From contig NMRA01000307.1 in the NCBI GenBank assembly GCA_002633005.1, positions 1 through 47,127 on the forward strand: 47,127 nt of DNA, written 5' to 3'. The translations under genes were made by a program, and so were the position numbers. This stretch comes from Phoronis australis. Lineage: Eukaryota; Animalia; Phoronida. Positions 1 through 13,700 of the stretch are shown piece after piece (positions within the stretch are counted from its first letter, which is position 1; the number at the start of each line of letters is the position of its first letter). The notes below the pieces were generated by a model. It ran no database searches. It was not told the origin of the DNA and saw only the letters and a program-made list of their open reading frames with translations.

Positions 1-276
1 CATTCTACTTATTTAGTGATTGGCTAATAAAAACCACATGATCATATCCACTCGTATTATTGGCTGTTACAATTTGATCTCAGAATATTCTAGAATCTCT
101 AGAGTACTTTGACCCCAGAACCCAAAGTTGTAAACACCATCTAAAAATAGATTTTGACGTTAAAATACATGTCATCAAGTCTGACCCCATGATTTAAAAG
201 TACATATGCACAAATTTTGGGCAACTTAAAATGGATCTATTCTTACTAATTACTTAATCAATATTTATTCTGACAA

Positions 277-2690
277 CTTGCAATACAGCCCGGCGTTGCT
301 GAATGATGCAGTTAGACCAAGCCACCTTCGAATGAACCGGCTCGCTGCTCTTTCCATTTCCTCAGCTGAAGATGACGTGACGTCGTAGATTAACAGTGGC
401 CACATAAGCTTCGGGAGCAAGATGAACTGTTAGCACCAAAGCTTGAATCTTCCGGGTATGCCGTCTTTGTCGATCTTCTCAAGTCAAACCTTGAGCTGGG
501 CTTTCACATCCTTGACACGGGATGTGTCTCGTAGGCTTCTATCATAGTATTTGCCAAGGCACTTGACTGGTTGTTCACTTATTGTTGGAATTCTGCATCC
601 TGCTATCGAAAACGTCTGTCTCTTGAGCAACACGCCTCTGTTGATAATTAGTGATCTGGACTTCTCTGCCTTGAATGACGTACGGGCCCATTTAGTGAGC
701 TCTTCTAGGCAACGGAGAATTGTTCTGGCTCCCACTGGTGACTCTGTCACTATTGTAATGTCGTCAACAAAAGCTCTACATGACAGCTGTCTGACTTCAT
801 CTAGCTTGGGACCTCTTCGCTCAGATTGGGCTCTCTTCAGCAGGACATTCATTGCCATGATAAACAGGATGACTGAAATGGAACAGCCCGTCATAATTCC
901 TTTTTCAAGGTGTTACCACTTCGTAGTGAAGTTGCCGACTGTGAAACGCATCAAACAGGAGCTATAGTAAGACTTCACTATACTCTTGACTTTCTCAGGA
1001 ATGTGATAGATGTCCATGGCACGATAAACTAATACATGTGGTACCGAACCGTACGCATTTGCCATGTCGAGCCACACCATAGACAGATTCTTCTTGCCCT
1101 TCTTCGCTCGGTGTATGAGTTCACTTATGATAGAATTATGTTCCAGGCATCCAGAAAAGCCTGGTATCCCGCCTTTCTGTGAAGATGTGCCAATATACTT
1201 GTTCTTGATCATGAAGTCTGTGATTCTGCCGGATAGGATTGCCAAGTAAATCTTTCCTTCCACGCTGTAAGTGCCGACGCGCTCTTGTGTTTGTAGTCTG
1301 ACTATATTCGCCATCTGTTGGTGGTTTATGTGTTTGCTCTTCAGCTTCTACCGCGTACATTTTCCACGTGACTAATTCTTCAATAGAATTTTGCATATGT
1401 ATAACTGCTTGGCACACCATAGTCTATAGCTGTAACGCGCGCCAGCTTAGCTCATTCGTGCTTCAACGTCCTTACATGTATCTTGAGTTTTGAGTTTGGT
1501 CGTGATCTATGCCGCAAATTGGTGTAAGTATTTTGTACTTAGTTTTGTTACAGTATATAGTCAGTACTTCAACGTAATTGTAACGCGTACTCTGTAACTT
1601 TAATTAGCGTTGCCTCGAGTAGCTTGACGTTGTCCGAATAAGAATATATGCAATGTTTAATATTAGTATTGTAACTTTGAAACGACCAACGTATTGTTCA
1701 ATTGTCTCATAGAACGTTTTTTTGTATGTTACAGTTGAACCGAGTAACTATAAGAAAGAAACGAATAAAGTTTGTCAACGCAACTTATGCCCGGGTTTTC
1801 CATGTGGCTTTAACGATTTTCGCGACCACACGCGCTGAGCAGTGAAATTGGTCGAAACTGGCTAATCTGCTTCGAGCCTTCTTCTTTCGGAACATAAACT
1901 CCTTCAGCTCGCCCCCACTGGGCTGGAACTGTGCCCTTCCTCCTGAGGATCTTAAACAGCTTCCAGAGCCTTTCTCTCAACTTGGGACACATCTTATAGA
2001 CCTTGTAGGAAATTCTACTTGGACCAGGGGCTGACCCCGATCGGGCTTTCTTCACAGTGCTATCCACTTCTGACTTCCTAATGTCCCCCAGATCAAAACC
2101 TTCGTCTGGTAGATCTTCAGCCTCTAGACCTGGAAAGTCGCCAAGGGGAGTATCTTTCAACTCATCGCTGTGAATTTTGGCAAGGTGAACCTCCAAGTTT
2201 GCCCGGGTGCAGGTAAGTGTTCCGCTTTTGCTCTTGCCTAAAAGCCTTGAAGCATACTGGTAAGGCTTCCTAATGAATTTTTCTCTCTGCCTTGACCGTT
2301 TCTTCCTATTTTGTGCACCTCGTTCTGCTTTGCGGAGGGACAATAGTCGCTTGCGGGCCTCAGATGTCAGGTGAGTTATTCCTGCTTTTTCGTGCTCAGC
2401 TGCACTCTACCACAGGCGACGGAGTTCTCTAAGCTCTCTGCGGATAGTCGCTATTTCCCGTTGTCGTCTGTTTGGTCCTTGTGGGTTTGATGTTTCCTTT
2501 CTTTTCTCTACTGTTCCAAAGCGGTCCACACTGACTTGGTAAACAATCCTAGTCATAGCTTCAATCTTTGTCTCCGCTGGACCTCGAAGAGTGACACGTA
2601 AGATGCTATCCAGATCATCGTCTAAGGCTGACCACGCCTTCTTATCAGCTGCTGGTGGCCACTTGATTCTATCTTTCTTTGCAGTATTTT
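277..2690 (-). mobile_element. Degenerate non-LTR retrotransposon (reverse transcriptase; HERO-like/RLE-type clade), truncated at both ends
   Basis: Consecutive minus-strand ORFs carry RT motifs in the expected order: RIKWPPA...RFG, SAPGPS..YKVYKMCP, QFRPISLLS/VEGK, QKGGIPGFSGCLEH, WLDMANAYGSVPH, GIMTGCSISVILF, AFVDD, KCLGK, PGRFKLWC*Q..LPKLMWPL, RRWLGL. In-frame stops at 2407-2409, 913-915, 484-486 and 430-432, plus an insertion at 1266-1830. The clade call is from motif recognition, not a search. Confidence 0.9.
1266..1830 (+). mobile_element. Solo-LTR-like insertion (565 bp) nested in the LINE RT
   Basis: Begins TGT and ends ACA. Flanked by CACGC (1261-1265) and CGCGC (1831-1835), a 5-bp TSD with one mismatch. 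AATAAA at 1764-1769. Removing the insert and one TSD restores RPISLLSVEGKIY in frame. Confidence 0.75.
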
Positions 2691-4705
2691 GCGTGAACAC
2701 ATCTATCCCCTGAATTAATACGTCGAACATACATGTACACGTACCTGCATGAAAATCAAGCCGTTCCAAGAATCTTTTTCGCCTATAATATTCAACTTTT
2801 AACCATTCACTTGTCGCTCCGCTATTTTTGTTTTACCCAGTGGTGAACTCGTGAACAAAAGCATTTGCTGGGCTCATTGGTCGCCATTTGGGTAACTACT
2901 TCTCCATTATGTTTGAAAACGAGTGTGTTGCGTCCACAGTACAAAGGTTTTGCTTGTTTGTAATACGTGCGCATTCACGTTTTCGCTGTAAAAGTTGATA
3001 CTGAAACGAGGAACTTTGTCCTGAATGCACAGCAATCATTTTTGTATCGCCACTCAATGTGTGAAAGCAGTCAATTAGGTAAAAAAAACTTATGGAAGAA
3101 GATAGCAGGCGATTTGATAAAAACAGGCAAAATACTACCAGTAGCAACCTTGCTGTTTTCTAAACTTGTCACGGGAGTTTTACTTGATTAGTAGTAACAC
3201 TCTGAACAAGATTTTTTTCACATTCTTTTGGTTTTAAGCCACATCACCAAATGATGGAAAACCATCCGGTGGACCTTTAGCTCTCTTTGGCCAGTTTTTA
3301 CCCACACCGGCGTCAAGCTGTTTGTTTCGTATACATGTACAACAGCTTTACACCAAGGCTAGTAAATTGTGAGTAAGTCTACACTTATCTTGCCCGTAAC
3401 ACCCGTTGAAGCAGTGCCCTATAAAATGTCCAATTTTGGTCGCCATCAGATCGATGAAGCAGTTTGTACATGTAGGATAATATGAAAATGTGAGATACTA
3501 TTAGGGGTTGTGATTTGAGGTTTTATTCACGTGATGGATGCATAGATTTTTGTGTAAGGAAATTTCTGCATTAACCGCTCCCAGAGAGGCGTCGATGAAG
3601 TAATATGCCACGAAACATGACTCCGTGTACATAGATACGCGGAACAATGTATCGTGGGATTATATTTTATGTATGCCAATTAAGGTGCGTTCCGTATTTA
3701 TCCTTTACGTTTCGAATTCAGTTAACTTTCTGTCGTTTCTCGACAGATTCTTTAAATACTTCACCCAGACTGTTCACGTGGAGGATCAAATCCTTTGTGC
3801 ATAAACATATACTTACGCGTTAAGTTACACGTTTTCTCTAGTAAAAGAGTCACTTTTAAATGTAAAGATTACTTATTTAAAAAGGGATAACAAAGGTGAA
3901 AACCACGGTAATTGTGTATTGAACATGTACTATTTCCTAAAGTAATTAAATAACAACTATAATATTCGATATTGTAGTTACCGAGGAATCGGCACCTCAA
4001 TTGCATACGATACAATACTTAACAAATAAAACTTACACAAAAGTGTCTCATTATTAAGAGTTTTGTATGGGACGTTATGTTTGAGACACGATTGCATGTT
4101 GAGTTTGATTTTTACTATTGCCATTTTACTGCTATAAACTATTTTGGCAAAGCATGATTATCGAACCGGCAATTTTAAAGTTGTCCCGGCAGTGCAATAC
4201 GGAAAACAAAATCACATGGCCGTGTAGCATTCGGCTTATTAAACGCGTATGAGATAACGTACGATAGTTAATAGAATCTTTGTCTAAGTAGGCACAACTT
4301 GTTATATTGAGGACCACATTAATCCCTTGCTCTCTGTCCTTAGTCTATTGCTCACTCAATTTAGAGCTTTATCTTATACAATATGAGCTTGAGGCTGAGG
4401 TAATAAACACATCATTCAAATCCCAGGAATGTTTATTTACCAATTTTGACTAAATAGTGAATTGATGCCACTTGTAAGTGATCTAAATCAAAACGTGTTT
4501 TGGAGATGACTCCTACAAAAGTGTGTTGGTATACATTGATTCCGTTGGGTAGATGTTCACCAAAATTCAAAAGCGTGTTATTTACGCATAAAACAGCGTC
4601 GGAGCCCTATTGTGAGACATGTCATCTATTGTACATGTACGTAATGTTTGTTTTCGACGTGTACCAGGACAACAGCCAAGATCTATCCGCAACTACCTTG
4701 CCGCA

Positions 4706-4772
4706 ATGAAGACCCCAGACAGAGGCTATCGATCCCGTCTCCATCTGATAGTTTTTGCAGTAGTCGCAATAC
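4706..4772 (+). CDS. F-type lectin exon 1 (signal peptide MKTPDRGYRSRLHLIVFAVVAI)
   Basis: ATG at 4706, basic n-region followed by a hydrophobic core, donor C|GTGAG, phase 1. Confidence 0.7.
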
Positions 4773-7700
4773 GTGAGCATTAATTAATTTTCACTATTGG
4801 CTATTGATTTGTGCCGTAAAAAATAATTTAGGCCTACAATTAATTTACGTTGATTCACCTCGTCAACAATAAGTTGCCTAGAACCTCGTCAACAATTTTT
4901 AATTTACTTGCATAACATAGACTGACCGCCATCAATACTGATTGGGTTTTTTGAAATTTCTGCTAGATTAAGATGAATTGGTGTCGTTTTATTGATCTAC
5001 TATAATTGTTCATTTTTCAGTTACGAAGACCGCTTCAAGTGGTGAGTGCCAACCTCGTCTGCATTCTGTTTTCAGTCACCGAGACTTCCAATCACGTCCT
5101 TCAGAGATCAATATCGAGATAGCGTACATGTATCTCGATATCGGGTTTACGCTAACCATCGTTCTGCTAACTAGTACGACATCATATAGTCAGAAAGAAT
5201 GTATATATTACGGGTGTCGCATTTTTTGAAGATACATTTGTACGTATACATTTCTTCTGTGTAGTTAATTCGATCTTACGCGTGTTTGCCGTTGTGAAAT
5301 GGAATTAAAAAGAGCCGCGATGCAGAACTAGATTGTTAGGTACATTAAACTTTTTGCCAATTCCCACGAAGCATATCGGGACAAACGCAAATTGGACTGC
5401 ACAAGAGACTTGGGAAAGTTCAATTCATATTCCAGTGCATAAAATACTTGGTGTGCAATTCCACAACAACTATCACAACGGAACCCAGACACATACACCA
5501 TACCACAACAGTAACGCATCACCAATTTAAAGTCCTACATGTACATGTAGTAGCAAACGCGTTTAACCCTTATTAAATAGTAAGAAGAAGTTATAGGGAA
5601 TTAAGCAGTACCTGTCTCAGAATCAAAAAACGTCGAAGAAAGTTTAAATAAACGTGCCTCTAATAATTCTGACCCGAGGAACATACGGCACCATGGAGTT
5701 GCTTCTATGGTTATTGTCATCGTTGTTATTATCATCTGTGCAATGGGGTAAGCATTGCGTCACACCAAGAGTAACATCAATTTGTTGAATATGCGCTATC
5801 ATTGCTTTGATGGACAACCAGCAAACTGTTGCCTTTGTTACAGTGAGTACAAACATTGCCTTGAGAAAGCCCGCTAAACAGTCAACGACTCGTCCTGAAG
5901 GGGGGGCTGCTTCACGTGCTGTCGATGGAAACAAAGATACGAACTTTCTAGAAGGTCAAAGTTGCTCGCACACCAATTATAGACCAAAGGATTGGTGGAG
6001 AGTTGACCTGCTGGATATTTATTTTGTGCACACGGTGGGAATAACCAACAGGCAACACCCAGAATACCGTACGTAATGTTTCTTGTTGAAAAGCATTGCC
6101 TTGTCATTTTTTAACTCATAACATAAATTTGTCATTTACATTGAGTACTGCGGGTTGACTCATTATTCAGCAAGTCCAAACAACTCGTTCTCATATCTTT
6201 TATGCTGGTCGGTGACGACAATTGACCTACAGGGTATAGCCAGGATTTTGATTGGCGGCTTCACTGACCAATGAGAACCCAGCATTCTTGAACACCTTCG
6301 CTTCCAAGCCGCTCTTTTACCGGGCAAACAACACGTTGCCGGGTAAAACGTATTGTTTGTTTGTTGACATTTCGCACGGGGTTGGAGCTTCCGATAGATC
6401 AAATGAGTGTGGGTTACATGTACTACAAAGGGGAGATGCCTCAATCCTGACGTGCACAAACCTACTGTAGTTACGGTAAATTGAATTAAACATGTACATG
6501 TACGACATTGATCCCGTTTCCTTTTTGTTTTTCACATGTACCCGTCATCAGCATTTCTTGAAAGGGCCTTGTTTTTCATTACACTTTTTTACTTTGAGCG
6601 GCAAAGTTGTTTATTATACATGTATTTTCATCCAAGTTGCAACGCTCGATTAACTCTTTACGGACTTGTGAACGCAGTGTTAATGAATGTTGTTAAACGA
6701 TTTCAAGTCTAGACGCCATTGGCTTAGCGTTGTGCATAGTAGTGGCCGGGGTATCAGGACTTCGGCTTTTTATTAGCAGGTGCAAGTAGTCCATTTCAAT
6801 GAGAAATCCGTGTGATGCCAATATTTTAATTTCGTCAAAATATATTCTCTATATGAATCTGTACTTTTAATGTAGACATATTTTCCTCAGTCATCCCTCT
6901 TAGACAGATTCTGATGTTGAAAAAAGGGATTACATCAGATTGAGATGGACCCGTACAAGATTTTCCAAATTTTACCACGGTGCATATGGTATTTTGCATA
7001 TCCTCAGTAAAGTGACTGTGGATTCATTATTCCCACCAGTTAACCTGGTAATAACACGAGTTTGGTCAGTATTTATTACCACTTCAGATAAGACTCTTAC
7101 GAACTTTGACATCCGTGTATCCAGTCGCTCTGAGTTGTCATCTAGTGCCCCCTTGTGCCATCACTTTGGAGGTACTGTTGGCGCAGGCGTAACTCAATGG
7201 ATCAGCTGTGACAAAGCTGTGTATGGCAGGTATCTTTTTATACAACATCTTGGAACGCAACCTCTGGTTATGTGTGAAGTGGAGGTACACGGCTCACTTG
7301 TGTCAAGTAAGTACATGTAGCGCTTTCTGACAAGTACACATGTACATGTAGTTAAGATCTTCAGTTTGATTTGAGACATTAGATTGTGAATAGTATAAAC
7401 GGAACTTGTTCCTCACCGGGCCCAAATTTTGGTCGAAAGTCCTGCTCCGTAGCAGGCTTATTTTGGTCCTGGCTTTTGCCAATTTAAGCATTAGTTTTAG
7501 TTTTAAAAGATCCGTAAAACTTGCAGCCTTAGACATTCCGGCCTTACGTTTTCGTGATTTTTGTCTTAATAAACGAAAAAGAAAAATTTTCATGGAACGG
7601 ATACGTGAACTTTGCTGTTAGGGGTCGTGTATGATATATGTTTGCACGAATAATACACGTGAGTGTACGATAAATTATTTATTTCATGACACTATGAGTC

Positions 7701-10700
7701 GATCGTCCCCTCGTGACATCAGTTTCTCCTAGCTGTACTTTCTATATGTTTCCATTCAGTATTGCATTGCCTGATTTTTATTTAGCCTGACTTTTCACCT
7801 TTGCCGATAAATGAAGAGACGGTTGGTCACCTCACCTTAATGTCTAATATGTATATTCCGGTTTCAGAGCATTAATTTTACAGTAATAATCGCAGAGTTC
7901 AACTGAAAATGTGTGTGGGATAATCAACGAACCTTAGTTTTGCTAAAACTGACATGAAAAAGGTTTCCTTCGCCTTTAATGCAAACTCACACATCATCCT
8001 GGAACGAGCCTGAGTTCTCTGAAAAGGAACAATGATTTCAACTATAGACAAAAAATAATTAAAACACGGTGGGTATGTAAGTCGCAAGTAATAGATTACT
8101 GTCTGAATTCACGTCTTCGTGGCAAATTACAGGAGGATATAGTTATATCACAAACAATCCTTGCTTGCCGATTGTTCAGAAGTAATAGACTTTTCAAGCT
8201 GGCGTACGACTGCACAAGATGTTTTAAAAAATCTCAACTTCTTCCAAAAAGTCGCACTATATACTCTGCAACCACAGCTGTCAAGATGTTTCTTATGATA
8301 TCGTTCAGATTGAACCTTAGAGCCTCTTTAAAATCGTTTTGAAGCAACTTTCGCTGTGGTATTTGTAATAATAATGATAGTGATTAGCCGTTTCAGCCCG
8401 GATCGAGATTATTCTGATGGATAAAGTACAGCTACGATAAGTGTCACCCAAAGGGGGTTCACAGCAAACAATACTCTCCAAAATGGTACCATTTTCTACA
8501 ATCTATCGATAAAATGGTGCCTTTTCTGATTTTTTGACGCAGAACTGTGCAAAACGTGAAATTTTACCTAAAACTACATGTACTCTCTAAATGGGTCACC
8601 TTTTTGACCGAGCCCACTATCTACATAGGCGGCACGCGCGAGTACCCCGGTCGTGTTAGGTAAAATTTCTCCGTGATTTTGTGCATTTACTTGGTGATAT
8701 GAGGTTGGTTTCTTAAAATGAAACAATCGTACATTTTTCACATGCCGTTCGACATAAAACGCATCAATTTCGTGAAATGTAACAACTGGTTCCTTTCTAG
8801 GAGACCCTTACCATAGTAAAATATAACAATGACGTAGAATATATATTTTTTTGCATTTTGTTGCATATCGCAACACTGAGCTTCCAGTCTCGCCGCTTGG
8901 TTTCTTGAGATGGGAATCGTTTCTGCTTGATTGAACGTGGGTAGGCAATTTCGCCGCCGAAGATTGGTCGGTTTAGAAGTTGCTGCTTCGTCACCTGGTC
9001 ACTTTCACGGAATGTCGGCATTGTTTGGTTGCTGATATTAATGTTTTGAAGACAAACGGATTTCTACTTTGCAATGTTTTATGATTCCCAAATGTAGCAC
9101 AAAAACTCAGGCACTCAGTGTCGTAACACCTTCCAGTTCATGTGAAAAAGTACATGTACATGTAGTCGGTCAATTTTAAACGTGCATTCCCGTTGGACAA
9201 GAGAAGACCATTGGAATTAAATGGAAATGCTTTCTAGAGCAAATGAGCTGTGTTAATATTCGTGTTATAAAAGTTGGAGTTTTTACCTCAACGCAAGCTA
9301 AAAAAATGTGACAGTACTGTCCATTTACAGTGAAAACAAACATCGCGTATGGCAAGCTCGCTACACAGTCATCGACTCGTAAATTAGGAGGTGCTGCCTC
9401 GCGTGCTGTCGATGGAGACAAACATACGAACTTTGAAGCTGGTAAAAGTTGTTCGCACACTATCGACGGATCAAAGGATTGGTGGAGAGTTGACCTTGAG
9501 AATGTCTATGCTGTGCATACCGTGGCAATAACAAACAGAGAACATCCAACATATCGTACGTAAACTATTCTCTGGACAGGTGAATCTTGGTGAAAAATAT
9601 TGCTGATTCAATTTCCTAGTAACTAAGCTTATAGTTTTGCCACAAAATATTTTTCATTTGTATCTACTCATTTGTATAATCTGAAAAAAGCGCTTCTCCT
9701 ACACAGATGTAATGGAGGTTCTGATGTCGACAAATAAATATTGTATTAGCTTGGGTTTTTCGTGGACACCGACGTTGTTTTTTAACTTTCTACCATGGTG
9801 CATATGAAATCTTAGCTCTACATGTACCTCCTTAAGTGATTACGTGTTCCGATTACATCATTTTCATTAGTCAACCTGATAATAATTCGTGTCTTCTTTA
9901 TACTCTTGCAGATAAAAGTTTGACCAACTTTGATATCCGTTTGTCCACCAACAGTGAGTTGTCATCTAGCGCCCCCTTGTGTCACCATTTTCGCGGCACT
10001 GTTGGTGCAGGTATAACTGAATGGATCAACTGTGACAAACCAGTGTATGGCAGATATCTGTTTATACAACAACTTGGAAATTGGCCTCTAGTTATGTGTG
10101 AAGTGGAAGTATTCGGCAAACGTGAGTAACGGTTTCTTACATGGAACTTTAATACCGGATGAATAGTACAAACCTTAATGTAATAACCCAAACTTTTCTT
10201 TAAGTCTGAGTGTTCAATGGAGAATTTGGTGGTAAAAATTTGTAATAAACATGTACGTGAAATGTGACAACCTGTTATCTGACGCCCTCGCCAGTGGAAG
10301 TGCTTATTCGAATTTGTTTTCTTTCGCATCAGTCGTTAGCTGATTTGATCAATGCCGGAAAAAAACACCCTGGCCGCTTTCCCCTCTTATGTATTTCAAA
10401 TGACTAAAATAATAATCAGAACAAATGGGTAAATGCATTACACTTATTGCAAAGATAATCATTTTCAGACACTTTGCGTTGTCAACTTCTCCTCAAACGA
10501 GCCATCTTGATCCAATAAAAAAATTGAATTTTCAATTTGTGCATAGCCTATGACATATTTTTAAAAAGATCCTATTTCTTTCAACTTTGCAAAGCACACG
10601 GTGGGCGCATGTCAATGTCCTGTGTTTCTCTAGCTAGAGAAGGTAGGATGTCAATTTTAGACGAGCACGACTCCTAGTCAAGAGATGTAAATTGAATTCT

Positions 10701-13700
10701 AATGTAAATATTGTCTTGAGTTAAATGGTTGAATTTCCGTTATTATAAAAAAATATTTCCATATTGAGTAAACTATCATTGGCAAACAGAGGGGGACTTA
10801 TAGCAATGCAAAATAAATCCTGCTCTAGCTTATATCGCTTACACTTACAGTGAGCCCAAACATTGCATTTTATAAGTTCGCCTATCAGTCATCGACTGGT
10901 CCTGGTGCTGCTCGACGTGCTGTCGATGGAAACAAAAACCCGAACATGCTGGGTGGTCAAAGTTGTTCGCATACTCTGAGTAGAAGCAAGGATTGGTGGA
11001 GTGTTGACTTGGAGAATGTCTATGCTGTGCACATCGTGGCAATAACCAACAGAGACGATCCAGAATTTTGTACGTGAATTGTTCAGACTTGTATCTTGTT
11101 CAAACTGAACTGCTTGTCTTTAGTTTTGCCAACATATAGCATTAATATGTGTGTAATTCCATTAAAAGTCATACTCGAGACAAAAAAATGCAACAATACT
11201 AACATTTCTCTCTAGTTTCAGGGTAAATATTTGTCTGTCCTATGACTTTCAATTTTTACCAAAATGGACCTATTTTGGGGGTCATTTGACCCTGAAAATT
11301 TGATTTTCATGAGTGTTGCTTGTTATTGTCTTAAATAAGCCAGTTATGTTTGTTTCTGTATATTATGAAACTTCTGCAATCACACCCAGCCCAAATTTTA
11401 AAGAATAATTTTTCAACTTTGGTACATCATCGACCTATCGGGGTTAAACGTTAACTTTTGAATATCATGATGGTGTTCGCCCGACACAAAGAAGTGTTAA
11501 AACGTTTAGTTACGTTTAAAGTTTCATTCAAAATTAAAATAATTTCAGATTCTCTTTTAACTTGTTATTCGTTACTATTGGCCAAAACTTTGATTCCAGG
11601 GACTATTCGTTTAATCAGAAATTGCGTGACAGACGTACGGCACATTGCACGTCCGTCACACCCATGAAATTACAATGTTTCAGCCAATAAAATAACCTAA
11701 CTCTTATGTTCACCTTCTAACTTGTAGAAGACAAAACTGTATATCACACTTAAGAACCTTAAACGATGAAATGTTACAAAGGCAATCTTGAAATTAAATA
11801 AAGAAGTTGCTATAGATTCAAGCTATATGCATTTGACTTCTGCAATTGACAGCTAACTTGTAGCTTGCAGTGTCATCTTGTTACTCTTAGTAGGAGCAGG
11901 TTATCTCTTCCTGGTAGAAGTCAACTTATTAAAATCATACAGTTGGACCACATTATTAAATGTATTTAAAACGAAACGTTGATGTAATGATGTTATAGTT
12001 TTTCTGCTGATTCCCGTGTTTGTAAAGAAATTCTTAGCTTTTGAAAACTTTAAGACGGCAAAATATTCACATAAAAGAATCCCTAAGGTACCCTAGAGCT
12101 TAAAGAACAAGAGACCTAAAGTTACTGTTGCGTTGGAATCAACATGATATCTCTGCTTTGGCCTGCTGTGCTGTGTTTCACGTTCAAAAAGCCGATACTG
12201 GACATTTTTAAGCGGTAGCAAACTGTCATCTACTTTATTGAACATTTTTGCCACACCGTCGCAGACTGCAGTCGCTCTTGTTGTGTTTTTCAGTGTCTTG
12301 GGCGGCTTCTAATAAATTGTTTTAAAGCAAGTGATTACATCGTCTCATCTTACATATTTTTAATCTCACAATCTTTTTAAGAATTGGACTATTTTTTCGG
12401 CTGAGTTTCAAGGAAATTGAACAGGCGAAAGAAGAAATTGTTGGGGATCACGCGAAAAACATATGCAACTGGGAGAAGAGTAAATATCTGATGGAATATA
12501 CTCTGATATTCGAAAAAATGCTGTCGTGGATCAAGCAATTCATAATTTTACCTGCGTGAACCTTGATGTTACATTATTTAACGCCTGTCTACAAATTGAA
12601 AGGAAGGCATGAGTTAAACAGATGGATGAAAAGCTATCCATGCTAATTACAAAATGGAAACCATCATCTAATAAGTTAGCTATACATACATGTACATTAT
12701 TTCTAACTCATATCCCTAAATGCAACCAATTTAAAATGTCTTGTTTTCACACTGGAAGAAAGTACGGTTGTTTTGAATGAAAATATAAATGCCATAGGTC
12801 GATGAGGTCAAATAAACCAGGCTTCACTCTTTGTTTTAATAAGATACTGATGTTCAGTTATTAACACTCTTAAAACATCACAGGTATTACTTACACGGAC
12901 ATGAATCAGAATCATCAACGACATGACCCAGAGAACAAGTTTGTTCAACCTTAGGACGAGTTCTAATTAAAATAAACAATTTTTTAAAATGCATTTTACT
13001 ACAATGATGACTAGTGATGTTTTAAAATTCGTTTCAAGTTTTATATTTTGATAGTTACATTTACTTATTAGTTTCAAATTGGTATTCTACTGAACGCGTA
13101 AAGCAGTTTTCCTGATAACCAACAGGGCCCAGTTGCATAAAAGTTATACGCCGTATAGCAACAATGACGTCGCATTATCGCGCGTCATGTTGTTAGTGTT
13201 GAACAATGGACCTGACGTCATGCAACAATCAAACTTATCCAGCGGATAACTTTTGAAGCTTTATGCAACTCACCCCAGGTGTCAAATACAAACTGATTAC
13301 CACTCTCATTCCCATCTGTATTGTTTACCATCTTCAAAGGGAAGTAAACATTTTAGAGAGGTTGGTTTATATCTTTAATCAAATGTACATGTATTTAAAA
13401 GTTGAAATCCATGAGTGCGTTCCCATTAAAGGCCTACTTGTGATAATTTCGTGCAAAAGTTCAAACGGTACGTTTTGATTAAACACATTTGAATCATTAG
13501 CAAAGACCAATAGAGCTTAAATACTGTATACAATTTGAAATCTTAGTCACAATAAGCGAGATAATACTAGAAAATCTGAGCTTATATCCGTCACGTACGT
13601 CAGTTACATACTCATCTTACCTCAAGTCTAACAAAAATAATTCTTATAAGACATCAAAAAATTAATGTGTTGTACTTTGCAATTATTCCACTAAATCATT

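Noticed and set aside
551-967. 138-aa + strand ORF
   Set aside because: Antisense shadow of the RT frame; no independent motif.
6940-7087. In-frame N-terminal extension of B1 (YHGAY, also seen in ORF 14037)
   Set aside because: The shared peptide reflects duplicated intron flank. The frame relative to the B exon is not kept at 14037, and inclusion would disrupt the lectin fold.
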